Of a stretch of 64,000 nt of DNA, positions 29,678 to 40,690 are shown one piece after another. The position numbers were made by a program, and so were the translations under genes. The stretch lies in contig JBCCQQ010000013.1 of NCBI GenBank assembly GCA_039024555.1, forward strand, positions 32,001 through 96,000, written 5' to 3'. Source of the DNA: Cyanobacteria bacterium P01_D01_bin.156. Its GTDB lineage: Bacteria > Cyanobacteriota > Cyanobacteriia > Phormidesmidales > Phormidesmidaceae. The stretch's first letter is position 1. Every line of letters begins with the position of its first letter. The notes under the pieces are model-generated. The model was given only the letters and a program-made list of their open reading frames with translations, was not told the DNA's origin and made no database searches.

Positions 29678-31150
29678 CTAACGCTCAATAGCAGATAACT
29701 GACGAAACTCCGCTGGTTGAGTCACTTTCATCACGACTAATGTGGTGTCATCATCCTTAGTACGATCCACACCAATAAACTGACGCAACAGATTGAATAG
29801 ATAGTCTAAAATCTCTTGGGAGTTGGCTAGATTGCGACAGGCCCAAGACACGGCCTTGATTAAATTCTCTTCGTCAAATCGTTCACCACGAATATTAGCC
29901 GCATCTGTAAAGCCATCAGTGTAGAAGATAACGATATCCCCTGGATACAGCTGTACCTGCCCTTCATGGTAACGAGTATCAATATCTAACCCCAAGAGCA
30001 TACCATCAGCATCTAATCGATTAATCGTATTAGTGGCTGCCTGCCAAAGCAATGGGGGATTATGGGCAGCGTTGCCGTAGGAAAATAGCTGAGTTTTTGG
30101 GTCGTATTCTGCGTAAAAGAGCGTCACAAACCGATGGGAATTTTCCAAATCGTTGTGCATGACGCAGTTGAGATTCTGCAGAATCTGCCCAGGGGAGTGC
30201 TCATTGAGCACCTCAGCCCGCAACATGCCCCGCAGCATGGTCATAATCAAACCAGCAGGCACGCCTTTACCCATCACATCACCAATGGCAATGCTCCATG
30301 GTTGAGCCGATGAAAGTTGCGTATCAGGTCTACGCAACTGATCGTATGTAGTGGGAATAAAATCGTAGTAATCACCACCAACTTTTTGGGCTGTTTGACA
30401 GCGAGCAGCCAAATCCACACCTTCGATTAGGGGACATTGGCGAGGCAACAGCTTCTCTTGAATTTCTGCCCCCAGTTCCAATTCACGATCCAATCGCTCT
30501 TTCTTACGCAGAGCTAGTGTCAATTCGTCATTTTCGATGGCCACAGCAGTTTGGTCGGCCACTAAACGTACTAGCTTTTGACGTGTTTCCGTCCAAGCAT
30601 AGTCAACATCGTCACTAAAAACATACAGACGACCACGCTCCACATTTTGAACAATGATCGAGGTGCCAAAAAGCTTTAAATCAGGAGATAAGAAATGGTT
30701 GAGCTGCTGGTCTAAGGTGACCATGGCAGTACGGGCCATCTGGTTAGTTAAGTTCTTCTCATCGCTTGGTTTAGTCCCTAAAGAGCCCGATACCGATGAA
30801 GTAATCTGACGTGTAGCCGATTCTAGAGCGTAGCGCACCGTTTGACAGGTATCGTTCGCCGGACAGTAGAGTCGTTCCAGCCGCAGCTGCCCATTCGGGC
30901 GAAAAAGAACCAGAGCTCCTCCGGTTGCATCAGTCACACGACTCGCAATCATGGGAATCAGCTCTAAAAACTGGCTAATATTATTTAGACTTCTAAGCGC
31001 AAACCCCAAAGAACTCAGCAAATCTTGAATTTTGTACTGCTCTCGCTGCAGTCTTGCAACCAATTCTTTAAGGGCAAACACAGGGGTTCCGCCCGGTAAG
31101 GTGCTGCCCTCGGGAAGGGAATTAAAGGGTAGCGAAGGACTGGGCGACAT
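29678..31150 (-). CDS. GAF-like + SpoIIE/PP2C Ser/Thr phosphatase
   Basis: VGGDYYD, IGDVMGKG, NAAH, YTDGFTD, DDTT. Confidence 0.92.
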   Translation of the reverse strand: MSPSPSLPFNSLPEGSTLPGGTPVFALKELVARLQREQYKIQDLLSSLGFALRSLNNISQFLELIPMIASRVTDATGGALVLFRPNGQLRLERLYCPANDTCQTVRYALESATRQITSSVSGSLGTKPSDEKNLTNQMARTAMVTLDQQLNHFLSPDLKLFGTSIIVQNVERGRLYVFSDDVDYAWTETRQKLVRLVADQTAVAIENDELTLALRKKERLDRELELGAEIQEKLLPRQCPLIEGVDLAARCQTAQKVGGDYYDFIPTTYDQLRRPDTQLSSAQPWSIAIGDVMGKGVPAGLIMTMLRGMLRAEVLNEHSPGQILQNLNCVMHNDLENSHRFVTLFYAEYDPKTQLFSYGNAAHNPPLLWQAATNTINRLDADGMLLGLDIDTRYHEGQVQLYPGDIVIFYTDGFTDAANIRGERFDEENLIKAVSWACRNLANSQEILDYLFNLLRQFIGVDRTKDDDTTLVVMKVTQPAEFRQLSAIER

Positions 31151-31400
31151 AGGTACAACCGACAGTATGGTCGATATCTAAAGGCAACAGATAAATAAAA
31201 AGCTACATGTGGTTGGAGGCAATATAGCGGTCTAAGCCATTCTTGGCAACTAAATATTTTATCGACTACTATACGCCCTCAAGAAAAATTGCTAACGCAA
31301 AAATTTAGCCACAAACATAGCACTTTAGCCATATCCGTCAAGGGTACTTTGCCAAAACTGGGAATTTAATCCATGAGCCTAGGGTGTTTTGGCAGAGCCT

Positions 31401-32069
31401 TCATGCCCACTGCACCCGATATAGCTGAAAAACATTGCCAGCGGCCTGTTTTGTTACCTTGGCATCTGCAGATTTAATCAACGAGCGCCATTGAGGCAGC
31501 TCTATCAATTCCACATCAACCCCCAAGTACGTCTCTAGAATGGCCCAATTTTCCGCCAGTTCTTCTGCCGGATTAATGACATCGAATACAAAGGAGCCCC
31601 CAGGTTTCAAACAACGCCTGACTGCTGCCATTACCTGTTCCCAATAATCCAGAGGGTAGTAACAACTCACCCCAGTGGCAATGACCAAATCAAATGTATC
31701 GGGTTCATAATCCAGCTTATGGGCCGGAGCTAACTGCACACCCTTAAATAGCTTAGAGTCTAACTGGGGCCCTCGCTGGTTTAGTGCGGTCTGGGCGACT
31801 TTACTAATATCTTGACCTACAAACCTTGCCTGCCATTGTTTCCAGGGGTAAATGAGAAAGCTCAGACCACAGCCAAGGTCTAAACAGTACTGCCCCTTCT
31901 TAGGTTTCGCTATTTCCCAAAATGGACTACTGATACGAGATGTCAAACTACCTGCTACCCAATCTCGGAATATGGCCAGTTCTTGAACCTCATCAGGCAA
32001 GTCAAACGAATCTCCTCCATACTCCCGATCAAACCGTTGAGCAACTGCCTGTAACTGGCTCACGACCAT
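31401..32069 (-). CDS. Class I SAM-dependent methyltransferase
   Basis: LDLGCG, FDLVIA, LKPGGSFVFD. Confidence 0.88.
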   Translation of the reverse strand: MVVSQLQAVAQRFDREYGGDSFDLPDEVQELAIFRDWVAGSLTSRISSPFWEIAKPKKGQYCLDLGCGLSFLIYPWKQWQARFVGQDISKVAQTALNQRGPQLDSKLFKGVQLAPAHKLDYEPDTFDLVIATGVSCYYPLDYWEQVMAAVRRCLKPGGSFVFDVINPAEELAENWAILETYLGVDVELIELPQWRSLIKSADAKVTKQAAGNVFQLYRVQWA

Positions 32070-32105
32070 GGCTATCCTTACTGTGAAAGTACTCTAGGTA
32101 GTGCT

Positions 32106-32288
32106 CTACCGTCCCTTCAGGGCTTTTGTGAAGTTTTGACGGTACGAAGCATTGATAATAAATACAGGCCACAACAAGGTTAAATATAGGCGACCACTGC
32201 TAAAGTTAGTGCGATTAAATCCGGCCCAGAACTTCCAGGCACCATAGCCGTAACCGCCTAACAGCAGAAAGATTAGTAAAGTTGGCAT
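32106..32288 (-). CDS. Small membrane protein, hypothetical
   Basis: WKFWAGFNRTNF...LTLLWP...SYRQNFTKALKG; GGAG RBS. Confidence 0.7.
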   Translation of the reverse strand: MPTLLIFLLLGGYGYGAWKFWAGFNRTNFSSGRLYLTLLWPVFIINASYRQNFTKALKGR

Positions 32289-32572
32289 GAGTTACTCCTA
32301 TCACTCGTTCGACAAGTTAAGCAATTCATCAAATCCATATACCCATCGTGGGAATACGCTCAATAAACCTGAAAGCGGTATGAACAATTGTGAAGGTCAG
32401 CTTAACAAAGCAAGTACAATTAACACTGCAGATAATTAATAGACAGAGATGGTGGCATCACCTGTTGCTTGCAACAGCGCACAGATGCATTTCAAAGGGT
32501 AACGCTGGAGGCTGACTTCAGATAACCCTAGATAACAATTGTTTTGATTTTCACAAAAACACAGGAGGAATT

Positions 32573-35104
32573 ATGCGCGCAGTACTCATGGCTGGAGGTT
32601 CTGGCACCCGGCTTCGACCCCTGACTTGCGACCTGCCTAAGCCCATGGTTCCTGTGCTCAACCGTCCCATCGCAGAGCATATTGTAAACCTACTTAAACG
32701 GCACGATATTAAGGAAGTCATTGCCACACTGCACTATCTTCCCGATGTTATGAGGGATTATTTCCAGGATGGACGTGACTTTGGGGTGCAGATGACCTAT
32801 GCCGTTGAGGAAGATCAACCCCTTGGCACTGCCGGCTGTGTAAAAAACATTGCTGAATTATTGGATGACACGTTCTTGGTAATCAGCGGGGATAGCATTA
32901 CCGATTTTGACTTGAAGGAAGCTGTTCGTTTCCATAAGGCAAAGGGCTCGAAAGCTACCTTGGTCCTGACTCGTGTCCCTAACCCCATTGAATTTGGTGT
33001 GGTGATTACAGATGACGAGGGACGTATCAAACGGTTTTTAGAGAAACCCTCTACCAGTGAAATTTTCTCGGACACGGTAAATACGGGTACCTACATCCTT
33101 GAACCTGAAGTCCTAGACTATCTGCCCCCAAGCCAGGAGAAAGATTTCTCGAAAGATCTATTTCCCTTGCTATTGGAAAAGGGGGATCCGATGTACGGCT
33201 ATGTCGCTGATGGCTATTGGTGTGATGTGGGCCATCTAGAAGCCTATCGCGAAGCTCAGTACGATGCCTTAGAAGGCAAGGTACTCGTAGATTTTGCGTA
33301 CCCTGAGGTTTCCCCTGGGCTGTACGTAGGCAAAAATACGCACATTGACTCAACAGCCGTGGTCAAACCGCCCGTTTTAATTGGCCGGAACTGTCGTATT
33401 GGGGCACGGGTCACCCTAGAACCTGGCACTGTCATTGGTGACAATGTGACGGTTGGCAGTGATGCAGACTTAAAACGCCCCATTATTTGGAATGGCGCAA
33501 TTATTGGCGATGAGACTCATCTAAGGGCCTGTGTGATCGCACGGGGGACTCGAGCGGATCGTCGGGCCCACGTACTGGAGGGCGCGGTAGTTGGAGCTCT
33601 ATCTACAGTTGGTGAAGAAGCTCAAATCAGCCCAGGTGTTAGGGTTTGGCCTAGTAAACGCATTGAATCTGGCGCTACTCTAAATATCAATTTAATTTGG
33701 GGAAATACGGCCCAGCGTAATTTATTTGGTCAGAGGGGGGTTACCGGTCTAGCGAATATCGATATCACTCCTGAATTTGCGGTTAAGTTGGGGGCTGCTT
33801 ATGGTTCCACCCTCAAGCCAGGAGCTCATGTAACGGTTTCACGGGATCAGCGCAGCATCTCGCGCATGGTGTCGCGATCGCTAATTGCTGGTCTGATGTC
33901 CGTAGGGATTAATATTCAGAACCTCGAAGCTACGGCCATCCCGGTAGCCCGGGCAATTATTCCCACCCTTGGTGTGGCAGGTGGCATACACGTACGTCTC
34001 CACCCAGACCGTGCCGACCAACTCTTGATTGAATTTTTTGATAAAAACGGTATCGATATTCCCAAAGGCAAAGAAAAGAAGATAGAGGGTGCTTACTTCA
34101 AAGAAAACCTTAGACGCTCTCAAATTCATGAGATTGGAGAAGTTTCCTATCCAGCTAATTTGGTCGATACGTATACTACCGAATTTGAAAAGCGACTCAA
34201 TGTAGAAGCCATCCGCTACAGTAAGTCCAAAGTAGTTATCGATTATGCGTACGCAGTTTCTGGCGCAGTGCTGCCTAGGCTGTTGGGTAAATTTGGATGT
34301 GATGCTGTGGTGCTTAACGCTAGCTTGAGCCAAACAGCTCCCTCCAATCCAGAACGGGAAAGTATGCTGGGTCAGCTAGGTCAGGTCGTACAGGCTCTAC
34401 AGGCTACGTTCGGTGTGCAAGTTGCTGCTAACGGCGAACAGCTTGTGTTGATGGATGAAGTAGGCTCACCCATCCGTGGAGAGATGCTAACGGCGTTGAT
34501 GACCCACATGATTCTCACGGCTCATCCCCAGGGTACTGTCGTTGTTCCAGTTCATACTTCTGGAGCGATTGAACAAATAGCCCGGCGCCATGGTGGTAAT
34601 GTGGTGCGCACTAAGGCTAACCCGACAGCTCTGATGGAAGCTTGTCAAGCTAGCAAAAATGTTGTTTTGGGAGGCAGTGGTGATATGGGCTTTATTTTCC
34701 CACAGCTGCATCCTGGCTTTGATGCTATGTTTTGCATTGCTAAATTAATTGAAATGTTAACAATCCAGGAGCAATCCCTTGGAAGGATTTGGGGCGATTT
34801 ACCACGAATTTCCCATCGGGTACAAACTCTGAGATGTCCATGGACTATCAAGGGGGCTCTAATGCGCTATCTTGTTGAGAGTCATACTGCTGATACTCTT
34901 GAACTAGTTGATGGCGTTAAGGTAGTTGACCGTACTAGCGATAGTTGGGTCCTTATCTTGCCAGATGCTGGCGATCCACTGGTTCATATTTTTGCGAACA
35001 GTGCCGATCGTGACTGGGTTGACACTAAGCTCCAGGACTATCGTCAACGAGTTCAAAATTTTATCGAAAAAGAGCAGGGTATTCGAGAGGAACAAGTTGT
35101 ATGA
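32573..35104 (+). CDS. Mannose-1-phosphate guanylyltransferase fused to a phosphohexomutase-like domain
   Basis: MAGGSGTRLRPLT..PKP, hexapeptide repeats, LFGQRGVTG PGM/PMM-like domain. Confidence 0.92.
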   Translation: MRAVLMAGGSGTRLRPLTCDLPKPMVPVLNRPIAEHIVNLLKRHDIKEVIATLHYLPDVMRDYFQDGRDFGVQMTYAVEEDQPLGTAGCVKNIAELLDDTFLVISGDSITDFDLKEAVRFHKAKGSKATLVLTRVPNPIEFGVVITDDEGRIKRFLEKPSTSEIFSDTVNTGTYILEPEVLDYLPPSQEKDFSKDLFPLLLEKGDPMYGYVADGYWCDVGHLEAYREAQYDALEGKVLVDFAYPEVSPGLYVGKNTHIDSTAVVKPPVLIGRNCRIGARVTLEPGTVIGDNVTVGSDADLKRPIIWNGAIIGDETHLRACVIARGTRADRRAHVLEGAVVGALSTVGEEAQISPGVRVWPSKRIESGATLNINLIWGNTAQRNLFGQRGVTGLANIDITPEFAVKLGAAYGSTLKPGAHVTVSRDQRSISRMVSRSLIAGLMSVGINIQNLEATAIPVARAIIPTLGVAGGIHVRLHPDRADQLLIEFFDKNGIDIPKGKEKKIEGAYFKENLRRSQIHEIGEVSYPANLVDTYTTEFEKRLNVEAIRYSKSKVVIDYAYAVSGAVLPRLLGKFGCDAVVLNASLSQTAPSNPERESMLGQLGQVVQALQATFGVQVAANGEQLVLMDEVGSPIRGEMLTALMTHMILTAHPQGTVVVPVHTSGAIEQIARRHGGNVVRTKANPTALMEACQASKNVVLGGSGDMGFIFPQLHPGFDAMFCIAKLIEMLTIQEQSLGRIWGDLPRISHRVQTLRCPWTIKGALMRYLVESHTADTLELVDGVKVVDRTSDSWVLILPDAGDPLVHIFANSADRDWVDTKLQDYRQRVQNFIEKEQGIREEQVV

Positions 35105-35568
35105 ACCATTGCATCCTCATGGGAGAAATTGTCGAGGTCCCACAATTACGGTATACATCCGACAACCAAACGCCCATTGCCGAATTCAAAATCAAAATAG
35201 CGGGTCTCCGCCCAGAGGATAGCCCCTCTCAGTTTAAGGCTGTTGGTTGGGGTAACTTAGCACAGGCCATTCAGGCAGACAGTTACGAACCGGGTGACCG
35301 GGTGGTGCTCGAAGGGCGTATCACGATGAAAACCGTTGATCGTCCCGAGGGCTTTCGCGAAAAACAAGCTGAAATAACCGTCCAGCGAGTTCATCGGATT
35401 GCCGACTTGCAATCCGTGGCTATGGCAGAGGCTCTTCCCATTGTCGAGGGTAGAAGCAGTAGTGCTGGTGCTCCTGGCGGTACTGCTGCCAGCACTTCCA
35501 GTCCATCACCGGCTAGCCAGCCAACAAGTCCCCCAAGTACCCCTGATTATGATGAAATTCCTTTCTAG
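35101..35568 (+). CDS. ssb: Single-stranded DNA-binding protein (cyanobacterial paralog)
   Basis: MNHCILMGEI..PQLRYT, OB fold, acidic tail DEIPF. Confidence 0.85.
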   Translation: MNHCILMGEIVEVPQLRYTSDNQTPIAEFKIKIAGLRPEDSPSQFKAVGWGNLAQAIQADSYEPGDRVVLEGRITMKTVDRPEGFREKQAEITVQRVHRIADLQSVAMAEALPIVEGRSSSAGAPGGTAASTSSPSPASQPTSPPSTPDYDEIPF

Positions 35569-35657
35569 AGTGTTTGCTCGATAACCCCCAGCTGCCCTTC
35601 AAGCCTTAGCGGCCTAATTGAAGGGCAATTTAATTGGGCTACAAAAAGTAGCTCACA

Positions 35658-36026
35658 TTATAAGTAGGATTCTAAGAATTCAAATGGCTCATCTTCCCAG
35701 CAAGGTTCTGGATAGAATTTTGCTAAGCGCTGGTAGACATCATCTACAGCCTCTTCCAAAGTAGAACATTCACCAAAGATTTCATCCAGAGCCAATTCAT
35801 CACGCTGACGTAGCGGAGCTAAAGGGTCTGCATGAACTGTCAATGATGCCAATGAGGTATTAACTACCTCAAACCTGTATTTCTTTAATACCTGATGCTG
35901 AGAATCTTCCCAAGCAGATTCATGAATGGGAGTAAACCCTAGACTTCTCTCAACCTTCAAAAAAGATTGGCCTATCCAATAGCCTCCACGAGGAGGAGGG
36001 ATTTCAGGGACACTGTTATCGGGCAT
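35658..36026 (-). CDS. Hypothetical protein
   Basis: 122-aa ATG ORF convergent with ssb, with a hairpin (TGCCCTTCAA/TTGAAGGGCA) between them. Confidence 0.55.
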   Translation of the reverse strand: MPDNSVPEIPPPRGGYWIGQSFLKVERSLGFTPIHESAWEDSQHQVLKKYRFEVVNTSLASLTVHADPLAPLRQRDELALDEIFGECSTLEEAVDDVYQRLAKFYPEPCWEDEPFEFLESYL

Positions 36027-36507
36027 AGGTTAGATGTCCGGTATCAAACCATTGTATGGGGCTGAAATGTGGTACGCCATTCCAGACAAGGACTTTAAAA
36101 AGTACACCTCTGAGACAAAGACTCCGTCCAAATTGCAGAAATACGCTCAATTTGAAGCACATAAAATCTAGTCATCCCCATAGGCTGCCCCAGCAAACTT
36201 TATTCAGCAGTCATTTCTAAGCTTTTTTCAACCAATGGACAGCAGGAGAAAACCTCGCTTTAGGGATTGATTTTTACAGCATTGCTCTCATCGTTCAGGC
36301 TGTGGTTCCTCGCTGACAGCTCTGGGCAATACGGTCAATATATGTGATTCAATCAGACGAATACATTCATCTGATTGCGATGGTTTGCAAATTTCTAGCT
36401 CCTTAGGAGCTGTTAAGCAACGACTTCACGGTTTAAGTCTGAAAAGCTTGTCAAGCCATGATTGAAATGCACAAGGCCAATGATGCTAATTTTTAACAAG
36501 CCCTTAA

Positions 36508-37179
36508 TCACTCATTCGGGATGAGGGAATTTGATGCCGTAACGTTTAGGTGAAACACCTTAGCAAACTGCTTAACCAGCCGTGATTTCACCTCAGCTAT
36601 CGTAATGTCAGATAAAAATTGAGCCAGGCTTCCCACAGGACGGTCCGCGATACCACAGGGGGTAATGTGCTTAAACCCCTCGAGGTCAGGACATACATTA
36701 ATTGAAAAGCCATGCATGGTAATCCATCGGCTTACCTTAATCCCAATGGCAGCTACCTTGTGTCCATCAACCCAGACGCCTGTCATGCCATCAATACGCT
36801 GTCCTGAGAGGCCATAGCAATCTAAAACCTCAATAATGACTGACTCCAGCTGACGTAGATACCAGTGCAAATCTCGTTGATGACGATTCAAATTTAAAAT
36901 CGGGTATCCCACTAGTTGACCAGGGCAGTGATACGTTACTTCACCACCCCGCTCTACTCGATAGATATCGTATTCAGTATTGTCTAAATCAAAGTGTACA
37001 AACTCAGTTGTGGAGGCAGTTCCTAAGGTGTAAACCGGTAAATGTTCAGTTACTAACAAAACATCATCTAATGCCGGATTATCCTTGCGCATAGATACGA
37101 GCTGCCTTTGATAGTTCCAAACTAATTTATAGGCCGTTAGTCCAGTATCTTGAACAATAAGATTTCTATCTTTAGTCAT
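36508..37179 (-). CDS. lipB: Lipoyl(octanoyl) transferase
   Basis: EHLPVYTLG, RGGEVTYHCPGQLVGYP, KVAAIG, HGFSIN, PCG. Confidence 0.96.
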   Translation of the reverse strand: MTKDRNLIVQDTGLTAYKLVWNYQRQLVSMRKDNPALDDVLLVTEHLPVYTLGTASTTEFVHFDLDNTEYDIYRVERGGEVTYHCPGQLVGYPILNLNRHQRDLHWYLRQLESVIIEVLDCYGLSGQRIDGMTGVWVDGHKVAAIGIKVSRWITMHGFSINVCPDLEGFKHITPCGIADRPVGSLAQFLSDITIAEVKSRLVKQFAKVFHLNVTASNSLIPNE

Positions 37180-37588
37180 TAGAAAAATGTTGACTTTCTT
37201 GGTTAATCTAATTTATATAAGCAATTGCATAATTAACCTGAAAATCCTCAAATCAAGCTTCTAAATATCAAATAAGAGATTAATAGTAATATGTTCATTC
37301 TCGACTGTTTTATTTTATTTTTCTTTCTTGAGAGAACTAAGGGGGATCACTTTAGTAATCTAGCAGTACTCTAGTTGGCATAGCTCAAGAAAATATTCCC
37401 AAACCTAGCAGAGTAAAATCTTACAGGAAAATATACGTTTATATACAAGACTTCTACCTTATATGATCCCAAACCTATCCTAAAGAATTATCAACGGATA
37501 AGAATGTTTTTAAAGAGAAAAACTCTCTCCAAAATTAAAGTGTTAGGGTGAAATTAATCGCTTATCTTTTATCGATGGAGGCAGCTTT

Positions 37589-38281
37589 ATGAAGCTTGTT
37601 ATCCAAGGGAAAAATATTGAAATCACAGAGGCTATTCGCCAGCATGTTTCACACAAACTTGAAAAGTCAGTAAATCATTTTCGACATCTGATTAATAAAG
37701 TGGATGTGTGTTTATCTGTGGCGGGGGGGGTGAAAATGCCAACTCGTCAATGTGCTGAGGTAACCGTTCATGTTAACCGAGCTGTTGTAAGAGCTGAAGA
37801 AAGTAGTGACAGCCTTTACGCGAGTATTGATTTAGTAGCCGATAAAATTAGCCGCCAATTACGTAAATATAAAGAAAAACGTCGTAGTTCTGAGCATGTG
37901 TCGGTACGCTCGATGGATGTTGACGTCGGCTCTCAAGGAGCTGATTTACAGGTTACTGAACTCTTAGAACAGGGAGAGCCAAAGCTACCTGAAGATGTAG
38001 TCAGAACTAAATACTTTGCGATGGCGCCCATGACGCCTGAAGAAGCTTTGGAAAATCTGCAGCTGATTGATCATGATTTTTATGTTTTTCACAACATAGC
38101 AACTAATCAAATCAATGTGATGTATGAGCGAAACCATGGTGGATATGGCCTAATACAGCCGCGACCTGCGGCTGTCGAAAATCACCATAATAGCCACAAT
38201 AATAACCATCATTCCATTAACAATGGTCGTAGTGGTCCCACAATAGGGCGTCATCTAAACTCAGCTCCTACCCGCAAATAA
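37589..38281 (+). CDS. hpf: Ribosome hibernation promoting factor (long HPF / LrtA)
   Basis: MKLVIQGKNIEITEAIR, LYASIDLVADK..RQLRKYKEK, VVRTKYF, DHDFY. Confidence 0.95.
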   Translation: MKLVIQGKNIEITEAIRQHVSHKLEKSVNHFRHLINKVDVCLSVAGGVKMPTRQCAEVTVHVNRAVVRAEESSDSLYASIDLVADKISRQLRKYKEKRRSSEHVSVRSMDVDVGSQGADLQVTELLEQGEPKLPEDVVRTKYFAMAPMTPEEALENLQLIDHDFYVFHNIATNQINVMYERNHGGYGLIQPRPAAVENHHNSHNNNHHSINNGRSGPTIGRHLNSAPTRK

Positions 38282-38386
38282 GGCGCTAATGATGACATTA
38301 CGATTCCTTGGAATGATGAATATTATGGCGCACCCTATGAGGTGATTTGGCCAACTGTTTAAGCCATAAACCTGAGCAGCAAAATT

Positions 38387-38432
38387 AGGCAGCCCCTTGA
38401 ACGCTGAGGATTAGTGTTCAAGGGGCTGCTTA
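38387..38432. terminator. Stem-loop between convergent genes
   Basis: GCAGCCCCTTGAAC...GTTCAAGGGGCTGC. Confidence 0.7.
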
Positions 38433-38493
38433 AATCGATTAAGTTCAAGAAAAAAACATGGCTTTAAGCGCTATGCATGCCCCTTTGAACTTT

Positions 38494-38697
38494 TTACAGC
38501 ATAGTTACAGCATAGATCTTCCCGTCAAAAGTCACTTGATCACCAGCGTATAATTTACGTCCCCGTCGTACCTCTACTTCATTGTTGACTAGTACATAGC
38601 CAGATTGAATCAGGTGTTTGGCTTCTCCACCTGATTGCACGAGGTCATTTAGTTTAAGGAACTGGCTCAATTTAATAAATGGGGTTTCCATAGTCAT
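38494..38697 (-). CDS. RNA-binding S4 domain protein (YaaA/YbcJ-like)
   Basis: IKLSQFLK...SGGEAK..IQSG.V.VNNEVE.RRGRKL. Confidence 0.9.
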   Translation of the reverse strand: MTMETPFIKLSQFLKLNDLVQSGGEAKHLIQSGYVLVNNEVEVRRGRKLYAGDQVTFDGKIYAVTML

Positions 38698-38922
38698 TTA
38701 AGACAACTTAAGCGCGCTAACGGGGACATCATCCCAGGACTCCACTGTGCGCAACCTAGCAAGCCAACCCGCTGCTTTTTGTTCGGGTGTCAATGCTGCT
38801 TTAAAGGTAGCGTGGCACTCTTCTGCAGTAGTGCGATCGCAACAGGCAATAGCAGAATAAACAATGCCAGACGGATCGATGTGTTCGTTTACCCAAATCA
38901 TGCGGACAGCGGCACTAAACAA
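38698..38922 (-). CDS. Conserved small cyanobacterial hypothetical protein
   Basis: IWVNEHIDPSGIVY.AIACCD...WDDVPV.ALKL. Confidence 0.7.
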   Translation of the reverse strand: MFSAAVRMIWVNEHIDPSGIVYSAIACCDRTTAEECHATFKAALTPEQKAAGWLARLRTVESWDDVPVSALKLS

Positions 38923-38938
38923 CTAATGGATAGGCAGA

Positions 38939-40690
38939 TTACACTGCCGCAGGCTCATTGGACAAGCTTTGAATCGTTTGCTGCATGTCAGCAATTGCCT
39001 GCAGTTGATAGTCACTGACTTCCTGAAAGCGAGCTAATGTCCCAAAAACAGTCTCTAGTATTTGTTGGACAGCATGTATTTTTTCCGTTGCTGGTTCCAA
39101 ACAATCGTTGCGAGCTGAGATGGCTTGATCCATGCCAGACCAATCTTTAACAGTCTGCTCCAGCGTTTCTCGTTCATTCTCAAGATTTGCCAACTGATTA
39201 GCCAGGTCGGCTTCCTTGGAATCAACCTGTTGCTGCAACGTATCGCACCGGGTCTGTAGTTGAGAAATTAGTTCTTCTAACTCAGTGGCCTGATTGGCTA
39301 ACTGCTGCCGCACTTGGTCAATGTGATCCAGAACAGGCTCCAAATCAGCAGCATCTGCAATCGGACTTTCTACGGTTGCTTGGCCCTGACGACGCAATAA
39401 GACGGCCCGATGTTGGCTTAAAATTTCTTCACGTTCTAGCAGGTTTCGACGCTGACCCACCAAAGTTTTATTGAGCATATCGTAACGATCTTGCTCGTCT
39501 GTAATCTCAGCTTCAATCTGCAAACGATCGTACTCGCTTGCCGCATCTGCCTTTTGCTTCAGCTCATCAATAGCTTGCTGCTGATACGTCAACTCTTCTT
39601 CTTGATCGCTCACAAATCGTGACATCTTATCCCAGTCAGTTGCCATATTGGCCACCAAAGATTCAAGCTCTTCCAAAGACATTTCTTCGAGCCTGCTGAG
39701 GTCAATTTTTTTGCCTAGCCGGACCTGATCACCGGTATTCAAAAGCTCATAAACCTTTTGATAAACACCGCTTTGCTGATTTAGTTGCTCCGATACCAGC
39801 TGGTTTTGCTGCTTTTTTTGAGTGAGTTCAACTTTGACTTGCTGAAGCTCTAGACATAGCTCTAATAGCGATGTGCGCTCTCGATCAGTAGATTCACATA
39901 ACTGCTTAACAGACTGCTTGTAGCGATTCATATCACCAGCTTTACCCTGCAGCTGATCCTGTAGCTGAGTAACCCGCTCCTGCCAGCTCACTACCAGACC
40001 CTCCTGCTCAGTAAAAGCTTCTCTAGTGCTGAGCAGCTGCTGCCGCATATCCTCCGTAGGCAGCACACTGGTCATTAACTTTTCTACAGACTTCTGCAGT
40101 CTTTGAGCTTGAGAAGCATCTAACCCAGTCTGAGCAGATACGGTTTCACGATGCTCATCAAGCTTTTGCTTTTCCCCATTTAAGTGAGCCCAAGCTCCTT
40201 CCAATTCAGCATTTTTACGCTCATAAGCTTGACGTTGCTCGGCCAACTCAGCACGAGACGCTTCTAGCTCCTGCTGCTGAGCATCTAACTCAGATAGTCC
40301 CTCTTCCGCCTGCTTAATCTCATCTTCACGAGTATCCAGCTCTAACTCACGTTGATTCAGAGCCTGACTCTGATACGTTAGGGACTCTTTCCACTGCTCA
40401 ATCTCGTCTTCTTGAGCCTTGAACTTCTTGTTTAAACTAGAAAAATTTTGCAGGATGCTCACTAACTGCCGACCGGCCTCGTAGTGACGCTGCACTTGAC
40501 GGCCGTTGGAAAGTTCAATCAAGACCAATGTCCCAGCACCATATGCTGCATCATCGGGGGCCGGAATCAATTCGTCCCCTGATACAGCACTCCAGTTCTG
40601 TTCTGACCGCTCGCAGGCCAAAAGCTTAAACTCAGGCCGACTGCCACCCATGAAACCACTTTTTTTCTGAACTTCGGCCAAATAACGCAC
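38939..40690 (-). CDS. hmpF: Pilus motility/taxis coiled-coil protein HmpF
   Basis: (V)RYLAEVQKKSGFMGG, LVSILQNFS, EIEQWKESLTYQSQ; long coiled coil; divergent from the chemosensory cluster. GTG start at 40690 preferred. Confidence 0.85.
   Translation of the reverse strand: MRYLAEVQKKSGFMGGSRPEFKLLACERSEQNWSAVSGDELIPAPDDAAYGAGTLVLIELSNGRQVQRHYEAGRQLVSILQNFSSLNKKFKAQEDEIEQWKESLTYQSQALNQRELELDTREDEIKQAEEGLSELDAQQQELEASRAELAEQRQAYERKNAELEGAWAHLNGEKQKLDEHRETVSAQTGLDASQAQRLQKSVEKLMTSVLPTEDMRQQLLSTREAFTEQEGLVVSWQERVTQLQDQLQGKAGDMNRYKQSVKQLCESTDRERTSLLELCLELQQVKVELTQKKQQNQLVSEQLNQQSGVYQKVYELLNTGDQVRLGKKIDLSRLEEMSLEELESLVANMATDWDKMSRFVSDQEEELTYQQQAIDELKQKADAASEYDRLQIEAEITDEQDRYDMLNKTLVGQRRNLLEREEILSQHRAVLLRRQGQATVESPIADAADLEPVLDHIDQVRQQLANQATELEELISQLQTRCDTLQQQVDSKEADLANQLANLENERETLEQTVKDWSGMDQAISARNDCLEPATEKIHAVQQILETVFGTLARFQEVSDYQLQAIADMQQTIQSLSNEPAAV

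Noticed and set aside
36027..36507. Intergenic stretch with TTGACA on the minus strand and a short hairpin (AGCTCCTTAGGAGCT), possible ncRNA
   Set aside because: I cannot match it to an RNA family by eye; it may be only a promoter or leader. An Rfam search would decide.
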